The notes: generated from the sequence alone by a model not told the origin. A DNA stretch of 64,000 nt from Deltaproteobacteria bacterium (GCA_027858615.1 JAQICJ010000292.1:623-64622), one strand, 5' to 3'; positions 1 through 9,090 are shown, counted from the stretch's first letter. Program-made: numbers and translations.

Positions 1-387
1 ACCCGCGCTTCTTTTTGCAAACTGCTTGAAGAACGTTTGCAAAAGGAAGAAAAATTGATTGCAGAAGAGAGAGACCACAAAAAGCCCCTGGGTAAACGTA
101 AAATCCTGAAGCAGGATCCCTTTTCTCGTCCTCTCAAAGGTAGTTCCGAAGGAGGATTCAATCCTGCAGTGGCCTGTAAAGACAAGGAACTCAGAATCAA
201 AGCGACTTCCTGGCTGAAGAATTTTCGCATATCCTACCGCAAGGCCTGGGAAAGATACCGACGGGGAGAACGTGATGTCGAGTTCCCTTATGGGACGTTC
301 AAGCTGGTTCGGGAGCACGATGTTCGGGTTGCTCAGCGCAGCCGGGAAGCAGAAGATCTGCTTCTGGTGCTACCGGAATTTGCCTGA
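1..387 (+). CDS. 3'-partial ORF that continues from upstream of the window (TRASFCKLLEERLQKEEKL...). It sits in a markedly GC-richer segment than the rest of the window. Product unknown; possibly a remnant of a foreign or mobile element.
   Basis: The reading frame is open from base 1. Local GC is about 50% against about 36% elsewhere. I recognise no conserved motif. Confidence 0.3.
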   Translation, partial: TRASFCKLLEERLQKEEKLIAEERDHKKPLGKRKILKQDPFSRPLKGSSEGGFNPAVACKDKELRIKATSWLKNFRISYRKAWERYRRGERDVEFPYGTFKLVREHDVRVAQRSREAEDLLLVLPEFA

Positions 388-641
388 GAAGGCGTCAAGC
401 GCACAGAGCTAAACACTTTTAGCCGCGTTTGATTAGTAAAAATCAGGGGAGAGCCCGTTCAGACGGGACAAGTGTATTTTGGTCGGTTATTTTTTGCTGT
501 TTTTGGGTAGTTTCGATCAGTTTCGAAAAGAAAAAAAGAAGAAAAATGATAGAAAAAGCGGGGTACAAAAAATAGAAGGGTGGTTGCCAGCAGCAGGGAA
601 AAACTCGACCCGGTCAGGGAAGAGAAGAGGAGGTGAAAAAA

Positions 642-2342
642 TTATTCTATTTTGTTGAGGCCTTCCACTGGAGATACGCTTGATGCTTTCCAGGATGGAT
701 AAAGGGTGGCTGCAACTGCTAGAATAATTGCCGACAAGGAAATGAGTATAATATCTATAGTGTTTACTGAAACGGGGATGCGGGCTGAAACAAAGATGTT
801 TTCACTGGTTTTTATGCCGATAGTAGCAAGGTAGATGCAGATTGACAAACCTCCTGTCAAACCGAGAATCAAGCCGATCAAACCAACGAAAAATCCCTGC
901 ATTACAAATATTTTTTTGATTGAAAAATTGTTTGATCCCATGGATTTTATGATTGAAATTTCTTGTTTTTTATCAATGACGACCATAATGAGGTTGGCTG
1001 TAATTGAAAAAGCGGCGACCAGAATCATTACAACCAGAATTATGAACATGACAATTTTTTCAAGTTTCATTGCATTGAAAAGAGCTCTGTTTTTCGTTTT
1101 CCAAGTGTCAATTTTGAAATCTGGACTGAATTTATTTTTAACTTGATTGGCAAAATCATCGATTTTTACTTTATTATCTAGTCTGATTTCAAATCCACTG
1201 ACAGTATCCTTTTTTTTGGAAAATTTCTGAATTGTTTCCAGTGAAGTAAAGGCGAATTTAAGATCATATTTAAAATGTTTGGTAGAATAAATGCCGGCAA
1301 CTCTGAATCTGAGTATTCTAGGGACGGGACCGGTTGGAGACATGGTAGTTTTTGGGGAAATAACGTCCACGGTATTGCCCAGTGAGAGGCCGAGGGTTTT
1401 GGATTGTTCTTCACTGATGATTATTCCGGGAAAATTCCCGGGCCATCTGGGAAGAAAAGAAAAAAGATCATGTTGACCTGATATTGCAATAGAAAGGACA
1501 GTTGGATCAACCCATTTTAGAATATTTTCATTGGAAAGATTGAGAATAGTTCCATTCTTAAGATGTCCTTCCAGATCGAAAGAAGGAGATTGAGGATCGA
1601 TACCTCTGAGAATTATTCCCTGGGTTGCTTCAAAACTAATTGATTTGAGAAGTACTTCTTCTTCAAGATAAGGAGACATTGAATATTCGAGATTGTTTTG
1701 CTGCAGCAAGTTTTTTATTTGTTTTTTGACTTTTCCCTGATGGGCAATATTTTCGTGGTTATGGCCGGCAATGATAATATGGGGGCTGAAATCGAGAATC
1801 TGATTTTTCTGCTCGCCTTCAAGACCTCCCAATACAGATAAGACTACAACCATGGTGCTTGTACCAAGAAAAACGCTGAAGATGGAGATTGTAGAGAAAA
1901 CATTGAAAATTATCAAAATTACGCCGAAAATAAATACAAGAATACCAATCAGCAGTAAAGCCAGAATCATATATCTGGTTCCAAATAATATTTTAGGCAG
2001 TAAAAATGAATTGGTCAGTTGGATAAAAATTAAAAAAAGTAGAATCAGAGATGGAAAAAGACTGCAAGAACCAAGGAAAAACAAAAATTTCTTTTTGATT
2101 TTAAAGAACAAAAAAAACAGAATCCCACCTAGAACAGCACCGATGAATGCTGTCAATGGTATGATTATGCTGGTTAATTCTTGATGAGAGCCGTTGATGG
2201 GATTAAAAAAATGGTTGAGGCCAAATAAAAAGAGAGCAATAAAAATAATGGTCAGAGCAAAATTAAAAATGCTGAATCTGTTTTTGTCGGACTTTAAATA
2301 CTTAAAGGCCAGAATGCTTTCAAAGGATTTAAGGATTTTCAT
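642..2342 (-). CDS. ABC-transporter permease of the FtsX / LolC-LolE (MacB-like) family.
   Basis: N-terminus ILAFKYLKSDKNRFSIF resembles the LolC/E start. A periplasmic MacB-like core is followed by the C-terminal FtsX signature ...IKSMGSNNFSIKKIFVMQGFFVGLIGLILGLTGG... There is an unusual ~120-aa insertion with 3-4 extra TM helices between the canonical N-terminus and TM1 (STMVVVLSVLGGLEGEQ). Confidence 0.75.
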   Translation of the reverse strand: MKILKSFESILAFKYLKSDKNRFSIFNFALTIIFIALFLFGLNHFFNPINGSHQELTSIIIPLTAFIGAVLGGILFFLFFKIKKKFLFFLGSCSLFPSLILLFLIFIQLTNSFLLPKILFGTRYMILALLLIGILVFIFGVILIIFNVFSTISIFSVFLGTSTMVVVLSVLGGLEGEQKNQILDFSPHIIIAGHNHENIAHQGKVKKQIKNLLQQNNLEYSMSPYLEEEVLLKSISFEATQGIILRGIDPQSPSFDLEGHLKNGTILNLSNENILKWVDPTVLSIAISGQHDLFSFLPRWPGNFPGIIISEEQSKTLGLSLGNTVDVISPKTTMSPTGPVPRILRFRVAGIYSTKHFKYDLKFAFTSLETIQKFSKKKDTVSGFEIRLDNKVKIDDFANQVKNKFSPDFKIDTWKTKNRALFNAMKLEKIVMFIILVVMILVAAFSITANLIMVVIDKKQEISIIKSMGSNNFSIKKIFVMQGFFVGLIGLILGLTGGLSICIYLATIGIKTSENIFVSARIPVSVNTIDIILISLSAIILAVAATLYPSWKASSVSPVEGLNKIE

Positions 2343-2386
2343 TTTAGAGATAAGAGTATTCCTGTTCAGATTTGTGTTTGAAGCTG

Positions 2387-3511
2387 TTAATGATTTTTTG
2401 CCTGAGCAAGCAGGTAAGAAAATATGAATTCATCGAGATCCCCATCAAGAACACCTTCTACATTGCCGATTTTAATATCTGTTCGGTGGTCTGTAGCCAT
2501 TTGATAAGGTGCGAGCACATATGATCTGATTTGTGAACCGAAGTCAATATTTTTTTTATCTCCCACCAAATTGCTCATCTTTTCTTCCTGCTCTTTTTGT
2601 TTTAACTGATAAAGCTTTGCCTTAAGCATTCTAAGAGCTGTTGCTTTGTTCTGATGTTGGGATCTTTCGTTCTGACAGGCAGTTACCAGACCCGTGGGTT
2701 TATGGGTCAGCCGCACAGCACTTTCTGTTTTGTTGACATGTTGACCTCCGGCGCCGGAAGCTCGATAAACATCGACCCTCAAATCTTCTTCATTTATTTC
2801 CACTTCGATAGTGTCGTCGAGATCAGGGGTAACAAGCACGCTGGCAAAGGAGGTATGACGTCGTGAATTGGAATCAAAGGGAGATATTCTGACCAGCCGG
2901 TGAACACCATTTTCAGATTTTAGTTTTCCATAGGCGTAATTGCCTTCAATCAGAATGGTACAAGATGCAATACCTGCTTCAGTTCCAGGTTGAAGCTCGA
3001 GAATTTTACTGTCAAACTTCTGATTTTGGCACCATCTCAAATACATGCGCTGAAGCATTTCAGCCCAATCCATTGCTTCAACTCCTCCAGCTCCGGCATT
3101 GATAGCCAAAAGACAATTCTGGTTATCAATTTTGCCCGAAAGGATAGTTTCCATTTTGAGGGATTGAATTTTTTTGTCCAGCTCTAGAAGTTCTTCCCAG
3201 CCATCTTTTAGCGCATCAGAGTCCTTTTCTTCTTCAGCCAGTTGAATCAAAATTTTTGTATCATCAAAGCTTTCATCCAGATTTTGAAGATTTTCCAACT
3301 GACTTCTGTAATTGGAGGCTTTTTTTAGAATAGACTGGGCTTTTTGGTTGTCATCCCAAAAATCACCAGCCTGAGTCTTTTTTTCCAGTTGGGAAATTTT
3401 TTCTTTTAAATCATCGATTTTCATGACATTTTTGATTTCTTTCAGATCTTTGTCCATATTGTCGATTTTGTTGTATATTTGGGAAATGTCCTGAAACATT
3501 TTTTTCTCCAT
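2387..3511 (-). CDS. prfB: Peptide chain release factor 2, encoded as a single uninterrupted frame with no +1 frameshift site.
   Basis: SPF tripeptide (RISPFDSNSRRHTSF), GGQ motif (ASGAGGQHVNKTESAVRLTH) and full-length colinearity with RF2. The likely true start is the second ATG at 3499 (MFQDIS...), which is preceded by GGAG. Confidence 0.9.
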   Translation of the reverse strand: MEKKMFQDISQIYNKIDNMDKDLKEIKNVMKIDDLKEKISQLEKKTQAGDFWDDNQKAQSILKKASNYRSQLENLQNLDESFDDTKILIQLAEEEKDSDALKDGWEELLELDKKIQSLKMETILSGKIDNQNCLLAINAGAGGVEAMDWAEMLQRMYLRWCQNQKFDSKILELQPGTEAGIASCTILIEGNYAYGKLKSENGVHRLVRISPFDSNSRRHTSFASVLVTPDLDDTIEVEINEEDLRVDVYRASGAGGQHVNKTESAVRLTHKPTGLVTACQNERSQHQNKATALRMLKAKLYQLKQKEQEEKMSNLVGDKKNIDFGSQIRSYVLAPYQMATDHRTDIKIGNVEGVLDGDLDEFIFSYLLAQAKNH

Positions 3512-3583
3512 AAAGCAGAAATAAATTAAAACAAACGGGGTGATATAGAAACCGTTTTTTAGACCCCCATTCTGAGATGGGAG

Positions 3584-4519
3584 CTAAGCAATGATAAGAT
3601 AAATAATGTATGAAGTATAGAGCAATAAAAGAAAAAAGCCTTCCATTCGAATAATTTTACGGGAGCTGTATATGATTGGCAGTAGCAGTAAAGTGATTAT
3701 CCCCACCAGAGCCAGATCCATATAAAGTTGAAATCCACTGGCAAAACTCAGGGGATTGATAATTGATGTTGCTCCCAGGACAAAGGCAATGTTGAAAAGA
3801 TTGGAGCCGATTACATTGCCCAGAGCTATTTCAGAGTTGTGTTTGAAGGCTGCAACCACACTGGCTGAAAGTTCTGGAAGAGAAGTTCCTATGCTGATGA
3901 TTGTAATACCAATGATTCTCTGGCTCATCCCAAAATAATCAGCGAAAAAGACAGCCCCATTCACAGACAAGCTTCCTCCGGCCATCAATCCCAGCATACC
4001 CAGAAAAATTAAAAAATAATTCTTGGCATTGCTGGTTGCAAGTTCTCCTTGGACGGCGACGATTTTTCTTTTTTTGAAAAAAATGAGGTAAATTGTGTAG
4101 CTTAAACCTATGCTCAGGAAAATCATTCCTTCCAGTCTGGAAATGTGGCCATCATAAGCAAAAGCAACAAGCAACAATGTTGTAAGAAGCAAAAGAGGCA
4201 GATCGCGCTTGATTAGTTCAATATTAACACTGATTGGACGAATCAGGGAGGCAATACCAAGAATTAGTCCGATATTGGCAATGTTGGAACCGATAATATT
4301 ACCCATGGCCAGAGGAGAGGAACCGCTTAGAGCCGAAGTGAGACTTACGGTAAATTCCGGAAGAGAAGTACCGTATGAAACAATGGTTAATCCTACTACA
4401 GTGCTGGAAATCCCAAAACGAAGAGCCAGAGAAGCTCCACCGGAAATCAGCCAATTAGCTCCATAGGCAAGCAAGGCAAATCCAACAGCTAATTTAATGA
4501 GGTGAACAAGTATATCCAT
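3584..4519 (-). CDS. Na+/Ca2+ exchanger (CaCA / YrbG-like) membrane protein.
   Basis: Two alpha-repeat signatures, GTSLPEF...GNIIGSNIANIGLILG and GTSLPELSASV...GNVIGSNLFNIAFVLG, and a polytopic membrane topology. Confidence 0.8.
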   Translation of the reverse strand: MDILVHLIKLAVGFALLAYGANWLISGGASLALRFGISSTVVGLTIVSYGTSLPEFTVSLTSALSGSSPLAMGNIIGSNIANIGLILGIASLIRPISVNIELIKRDLPLLLLTTLLLVAFAYDGHISRLEGMIFLSIGLSYTIYLIFFKKRKIVAVQGELATSNAKNYFLIFLGMLGLMAGGSLSVNGAVFFADYFGMSQRIIGITIISIGTSLPELSASVVAAFKHNSEIALGNVIGSNLFNIAFVLGATSIINPLSFASGFQLYMDLALVGIITLLLLPIIYSSRKIIRMEGFFLLLLYTSYIIYLIIA

Positions 4520-4539
4520 ATTATTGCCAAAGTGGTTAA

Positions 4540-5310
4540 TTATATAATTATATTAAGGGCTTTGCAGCTATTTTCAAAAGTAGTTCTGCAAAAAGTTTCA
4601 AAATCAATATTTTTAATTTTGCTGATGTATTTGGCGGTGTGAACTACATGGGCAGGAGTACAAATCTTTCCTCTGAAAGGCACCGGAGCCAGAAAAGGAG
4701 AATCTGTTTCGACCAGAAGCCTGTCTGCAGGAGTGTATAATGCAGCTTCCTGTACATCGTGTGCATTGGGAAAGGTTACTATTCCGGAAAAAGAAATGTA
4801 AAAACCAAGATCAAGAAAAGCTCTGGCTTCTGATTTGTTTCCGGAAAAACAATGGACTATGGAACCGGGCTTGAACTCATGGTGCTTGATAATTTCCACC
4901 GAATCCTTGAAGGCCTCTCTCAAATGCAAAACTACCGGCTTATTGATCTGAGCAGCCAGATCAAGTTGTCGAGCCAGAACTTTTTTCTGAGTATCCGGTT
5001 CCGAATAATTGTAATGGTAGTCCAGCCCGATTTCTCCCCAGGCAGATATTTTGTCTGCATTTTCAACAATCATTTCATAATATTCTTCAGATGAATCTTT
5101 GGCTGAATGAGGATGGATCCCGGCTGCCAGATGGATATTCGGATTAGTTTCCATTATTTCCAGAGATTTGTTGAACTGCTCGGGAGAAGGTCCCAAAGCA
5201 ATATTCATGATTTTGATAACCTGATTTTCTTCAGCATCTTCAATCAATTTATGTGGTTCTGCCTTGACTCTATCCATGAGCAGATGTGCATGAGTATCAA
5301 ATAATGGCAT
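4540..5310 (-). CDS. tatD: TatD-family metal-dependent hydrolase / DNase.
   Basis: Begins MPLFDTHAHL..., with GLDYHY and VETDSPFLAP motifs. Length 256 aa. Confidence 0.85.
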   Translation of the reverse strand: MPLFDTHAHLLMDRVKAEPHKLIEDAEENQVIKIMNIALGPSPEQFNKSLEIMETNPNIHLAAGIHPHSAKDSSEEYYEMIVENADKISAWGEIGLDYHYNYSEPDTQKKVLARQLDLAAQINKPVVLHLREAFKDSVEIIKHHEFKPGSIVHCFSGNKSEARAFLDLGFYISFSGIVTFPNAHDVQEAALYTPADRLLVETDSPFLAPVPFRGKICTPAHVVHTAKYISKIKNIDFETFCRTTFENSCKALNIII

Positions 5311-5328
5311 TTGTTTTCCTGTTATTTA

Positions 5329-5490
5329 GTTCCCATCCCAAAAATGGATGTCATCGTCTGGCGACGGAATCTGGCTTCATCTGCTTTGTCGTAACTTCTT
5401 GAAATAGTTGTGGCTATATCTGCGAAGTTACTCCTCGCATCTGAAACCAGTTTCTTCACCAGCCAACAACCCCACTTCTGGGATGGGAAC
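5329..5490 (+). mobile_element. MITE-like dispersed repeat, copy 1 (~160 bp), with terminal inverted repeats GTTCCCATCCCAAAA ... TTCTGGGATGGGAAC.
   Basis: Direct sequence comparison with the copies at 5493-5652, 23946-24106 (inverted), 42368-42500 (degenerate) and 55461-55614. Shared core motifs are TCTGCGAAGTTACT, TTCTTGAAATAGT and GCAGATGAGG. Confidence 0.7.
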
Positions 5491-5492
5491 TG

Positions 5493-5652
5493 TTCCCATC
5501 CCAAAAATGGATGTAATCGTCTGGCGACGGAACTTTGCCTCATCTGCTTTGTCATAACTTCTTGAAATAGTATCAACTATGTCTGCGAAGTTACTGGGCA
5601 CATCTGAGGCAAACTTCTTCACCAGTCAAAATCCCCATTTTGGGACGGGAAC
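5493..5652 (+). mobile_element. MITE-like dispersed repeat, copy 2, in tandem head-to-tail with copy 1.
   Basis: About 85-90% identical to copy 1 by eye. Ends in TTTTGGGACGGGAAC. The ORF-track entries 5322..5576 and 5428..5622 are translations of these repeats, not genes. Confidence 0.7.
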
Positions 5653-5714
5653 TATTTCGTGTGGTTCCGGTTCAACTAAAAACCCAGTCTGAAACCTTTA
5701 TTTCAAAAAGGTTT

Positions 5715-6791
5715 TCAGAACTTTTCAAGATAGTTTTTGATTTCTGCGGCAAGTTCCTTGTCCAGCTTTTTATTTTTATGTTGAGAGAAGAAATCTTGCA
5801 ATGTTTTTTTTGATTCAGGCAGATCAAGTTTAATTAAGGCTTTGGCTGCGGTATCTCTTTCCAGGGAGGATTTGTCCAGGAACTTTTTCAGTATTTCCGG
5901 TGCCCATTTTCCTCGACTGTAACCAAGCCTGTTAATTGCAAGCAATTTTGTTTCCGGGTTCCAACTACGAGTTTTCGCTTTGAGGTAATTCTGAGCAGTT
6001 TGATAATTTTTCCTGGCCAAAAGTGCTGCAATGGGTAATTTTTTCGTACTACCCAAGAAGGGTTTGGAGAATTTTTTCTTCAGTGTTTCTTCGAGTTGAT
6101 CCAGCTTAAACCTGCTCAAAAGGTTGCAAGCTTCAAGTCCGTATTCTTTGTCGTCACTGAAATCTGCCAAAATCTGAAGTATTTCATCTGAACCAAGTAA
6201 ACCGCAACTGAGTGCAGCTTCGATCCTTATTTCTTTTGAACTTTCATTTTCAGCCATTTCTGTGAGTTTGGTGATACCTTTGGTATATTCCAGATCTCCA
6301 AGAGCTCTAATGAGATTGATGAGGATTTCATGATCTTTCTCCAGATGCAATCTGTCCAAAATATCCTGCCCCAGGTCAAAATATTTTTTTTCTACAATAG
6401 AAACAGGAGCTTGAAATCTTATTTCATTTGAATCGCTTTGCAAACATTGCTTCAATTCTTTTTTTGTATCTTTTTCTGTTTTTCCCATGGCAATAACTAC
6501 AGCTTCCCTTACTTTGACAGATTTATCATTCAACAGGGGAGCAATTTTCTGCCACAAGTTATCCACGGCCTGTAGCTCAATCAAAGACACCAAAGTTGTA
6601 TATCGGTAAAAAGGATGCTTATGTTCAAGATATTTGCCCAGGATTTCAATAACTTTTTCCCGTTGAGAGTCTTCTATTCTACCTGCATATTGCAAGCCTC
6701 TGATTCTTTTTCTTTCATATTTCGAATCCAGTAAAGTCTGGATATCCTGAAAGGTGTATTTCTGATTGTAGTTTTGGAAAAGCGATGACAT
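5715..6791 (-). CDS. HEAT / PBS-lyase-like repeat protein.
   Basis: Recurrent ~30-aa helical repeats with the D/E-x-x-V-R-x-x-A pattern (KSVKVREAVVIAMG, SNEIRFQAPVSI, SKEIRIEAALSCGLLG). Confidence 0.55.
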   Translation of the reverse strand: MSSLFQNYNQKYTFQDIQTLLDSKYERKRIRGLQYAGRIEDSQREKVIEILGKYLEHKHPFYRYTTLVSLIELQAVDNLWQKIAPLLNDKSVKVREAVVIAMGKTEKDTKKELKQCLQSDSNEIRFQAPVSIVEKKYFDLGQDILDRLHLEKDHEILINLIRALGDLEYTKGITKLTEMAENESSKEIRIEAALSCGLLGSDEILQILADFSDDKEYGLEACNLLSRFKLDQLEETLKKKFSKPFLGSTKKLPIAALLARKNYQTAQNYLKAKTRSWNPETKLLAINRLGYSRGKWAPEILKKFLDKSSLERDTAAKALIKLDLPESKKTLQDFFSQHKNKKLDKELAAEIKNYLEKF

Positions 6792-6853
6792 TATGTATCC
6801 AATTCAATTTTGCCGGTTTAAAAAGTGATGTGGCAAGTGAAAACCCGTAAAAT

Positions 6854-8140
6854 TCAACTCCTGTTGTTATTATTGTTATTATTATTGGGTTTTTTATTTG
6901 TTTTGTTTTTCGGATCCGATTTTTTTTCTTTTTGGTTTTTAGATCGGAAATCCTGATATTCATCAACAGTAAAGGTAATTGTTTCTTTGTCTCCGTCTTT
7001 AAGTCTTACTTTAATGATTTCCTTGAGAATATTGGACTCAATAACCCTGCCTCTACCTTTGGGAGTATTGATGCTTTTGCCTTCACGGGGATAATTGCGG
7101 GAATGCTTTTTATAAAATTCATATTCGTAGGAAAGACAACATTTAAGCCGTCCGCATTGTCCGGAAACATTTTGGGGATTGAGAACCAGGTTCTGCTTTT
7201 TAGCCATGCGAATGGAAACAGGCACGAATTTATGCAAGTGGCAGGCACAGCATAAGGAACGGCCGCATACTCCGATTCCCCCGCATACCTTGGAGTCGTC
7301 TCTTACTCCCATCTGCCTCATTTCAATTCTCACCGAAAAGCGGGAAGCAAGGGTTCTTACCAGTTTCCTGAAATCTACTCTGTGATCAGAGGTGAAGTAA
7401 AAAAGCAGTTTGTCTGCAGTATGCAGCATATGGACATGAAAAAGTTTCATTTCCAAACCGTATTTTTCAATTTTTTGTCTGGCGAAGAGATCAGCTTCTC
7501 TTTCAAGTATTCGATGTTTCTTTTCTATTTCAATGTCTTTATCTGTGGCTGGCCGCAGAAATTTACGAGGCAGCTTTTTCTGACTCCAGGTTTTGTATTC
7601 GGATCTTTGAAGGGCGCTGCCGATAAAAATACCTTTTTCAGTGTCCACGATAATTTTATCACCTTTTTCATAAACAGTGTCACATTGAGGAAACCAACTG
7701 ACCTTGCGGGGGATTCCCCAAACCAAAAGCGTCCATATATCGAGTCTGGTTTTTCCTTCAGGTCTTGTTTTGCTGTGGTAATTGGAGTAGAGATCATCTC
7801 CCCATGGATCAACATCGGTGTAGGACTTGGGAAATTGATAACTTTCGATTTTTTCCAGAGGCAGTTTTTCAAATTGTCCCGTGGAATCGTCATGGCCGTA
7901 ATTTACAATTTCAACTTTTTCAGTTGAATGTTCCGAAGAATACCTGTTTCCGTCTATAGTTACTTCAAAATTCAAGGATTTGCTGGAATTGAGAAAATTT
8001 CTCTTGTTTCTTTTGACTGGAGCACTCTTGTTATATTTTTTCTGAGAACCATGTTTCTTTTTTTTATCGCTGCTTCTGCTGTGACAAGACTTTTTCTGCT
8101 TATCTTTGCAGGAGTTGCGATTGTTTTTATCTGATTTCAT
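6854..8140 (-). CDS. PSP1 C-terminal domain protein (YaaT / RicT-like), with a Lys/Ser-rich N-terminal extension and a poly-Asn C-terminal tail.
   Basis: Cys-rich signature VCGGIGVCGRSLCCACHL...GQCGRLKCCLSYEYEFY. It overlaps upstream holB by 4 bp, which is the conserved holB-yaaT synteny. Confidence 0.75.
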   Translation of the reverse strand: MKSDKNNRNSCKDKQKKSCHSRSSDKKKKHGSQKKYNKSAPVKRNKRNFLNSSKSLNFEVTIDGNRYSSEHSTEKVEIVNYGHDDSTGQFEKLPLEKIESYQFPKSYTDVDPWGDDLYSNYHSKTRPEGKTRLDIWTLLVWGIPRKVSWFPQCDTVYEKGDKIIVDTEKGIFIGSALQRSEYKTWSQKKLPRKFLRPATDKDIEIEKKHRILEREADLFARQKIEKYGLEMKLFHVHMLHTADKLLFYFTSDHRVDFRKLVRTLASRFSVRIEMRQMGVRDDSKVCGGIGVCGRSLCCACHLHKFVPVSIRMAKKQNLVLNPQNVSGQCGRLKCCLSYEYEFYKKHSRNYPREGKSINTPKGRGRVIESNILKEIIKVRLKDGDKETITFTVDEYQDFRSKNQKEKKSDPKNKTNKKPNNNNNNNNRS

Positions 8141-9090
8141 CTTCTTCTCATTTCAAGGAAAAGGTGTTCGAAAATTAAGCCTTTATTAATGTTGCCTTCC
8201 AGATCATATTTTGATTGCCTCAGCAAAGCAAGCCATTTAACTGTATCAAAATTTCGCACCGGTTTTCCTTTAAACTGTCTTTCTTTGCCAGTTTTTAACA
8301 GATTGATTTCAAAAAGAGAAAGAAATTGACTAAGCAGTTCTCTGTCTTGATGGGACAATTTATCAGCCAAATTCAAAATGGAGACCAGGCTGCCGTTCAA
8401 AACAGTTTCAGTTGCTTGATCTGCCATAGAAATCAAACCATTGTAATCTTGAGAAGTCAAATACTTTAAAGCTCTGGAAATTCTGCCTCCGCTGATTTCA
8501 GCAATTTTCTGGAGGTCTTCTGGTTTTTTTTCGGAAAAAGATCGGGAAAGGGAAGTAAAAATATCATTTTCACTCAGTGGGGAAAATCGATAACTTTGAC
8601 ATCTTGATCTTATTGTAATGGGTAGCCTGTGTGGTGAAACTGCAATCAGAAAGAAAAAAACTCCATCCGGCGGTTCTTCAAGAGTTTTCAGCAGCGCGTT
8701 GGCAGCACCCCTGGTCATTTGTTCGGCTGGATCAATAATTATGACCAAAGAGTTAGATTCATAAGAACCCGATTTGAGTCTTCTTTCAAGTTGACGGACT
8801 GCTTCTATCTTGATAAAAGAAGTAGGGTTTTTCACTCCCCATTCGAGGTCAATGAAAATGAGATCGGGATGGGTGCGGTGTTCTATTCTTTTTGAAATAT
8901 TGTCAGCATTTTGTTGTCCATGGGACAAAATCATCCTGGAAAAATTAAGAGCAATGGTTTTTTTCCCTATACCTTCTGGCCCTGAAAACAATACACTATG
9001 GGGGAAACGATTCTGAATCCAGGAAGATTTCAAGCTGGAGATCACTCTTTTGTGTCCGATAATATCTGAAAAATAATCGCTCGAATTCAT
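8137..9090 (-). CDS. holB: DNA polymerase III delta-prime subunit (AAA+ clamp-loader subunit).
   Basis: Walker A-like HSVLFSGPEGIGKKTIA, an SRC-like motif (TIRSRCQSY), ~317 aa, and yaaT immediately downstream. Confidence 0.8.
   Translation of the reverse strand: MNSSDYFSDIIGHKRVISSLKSSWIQNRFPHSVLFSGPEGIGKKTIALNFSRMILSHGQQNADNISKRIEHRTHPDLIFIDLEWGVKNPTSFIKIEAVRQLERRLKSGSYESNSLVIIIDPAEQMTRGAANALLKTLEEPPDGVFFFLIAVSPHRLPITIRSRCQSYRFSPLSENDIFTSLSRSFSEKKPEDLQKIAEISGGRISRALKYLTSQDYNGLISMADQATETVLNGSLVSILNLADKLSHQDRELLSQFLSLFEINLLKTGKERQFKGKPVRNFDTVKWLALLRQSKYDLEGNINKGLIFEHLFLEMRRR

Noticed and set aside
2387-3511. Looked for the programmed +1 ribosomal frameshift (CUU UGA C) typical of bacterial prfB.
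   Set aside because: The RF2 ORF is one uninterrupted frame from an ATG with a GGAG RBS. No in-frame UGA and no upstream short frame are present. This lineage evidently belongs to the minority of bacteria with a frameshift-free prfB.
5322-5622. ORF-track entries 5322..5576 (84 aa) and 5428..5622 (64 aa), with similar peptides (KADEA(R/K)FRRQT...SIFGMGT), as a possible duplicated small-protein gene.
   Set aside because: They are frame translations of the tandem MITE-like repeat copies. The same DNA recurs in both orientations elsewhere with no conserved reading frame, start or RBS.
7382-7927. 181-aa ORF antisense to the yaaT-like gene.
   Set aside because: No recognisable motif, and it overlaps a conserved coding region on the other strand. 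Most likely spurious.
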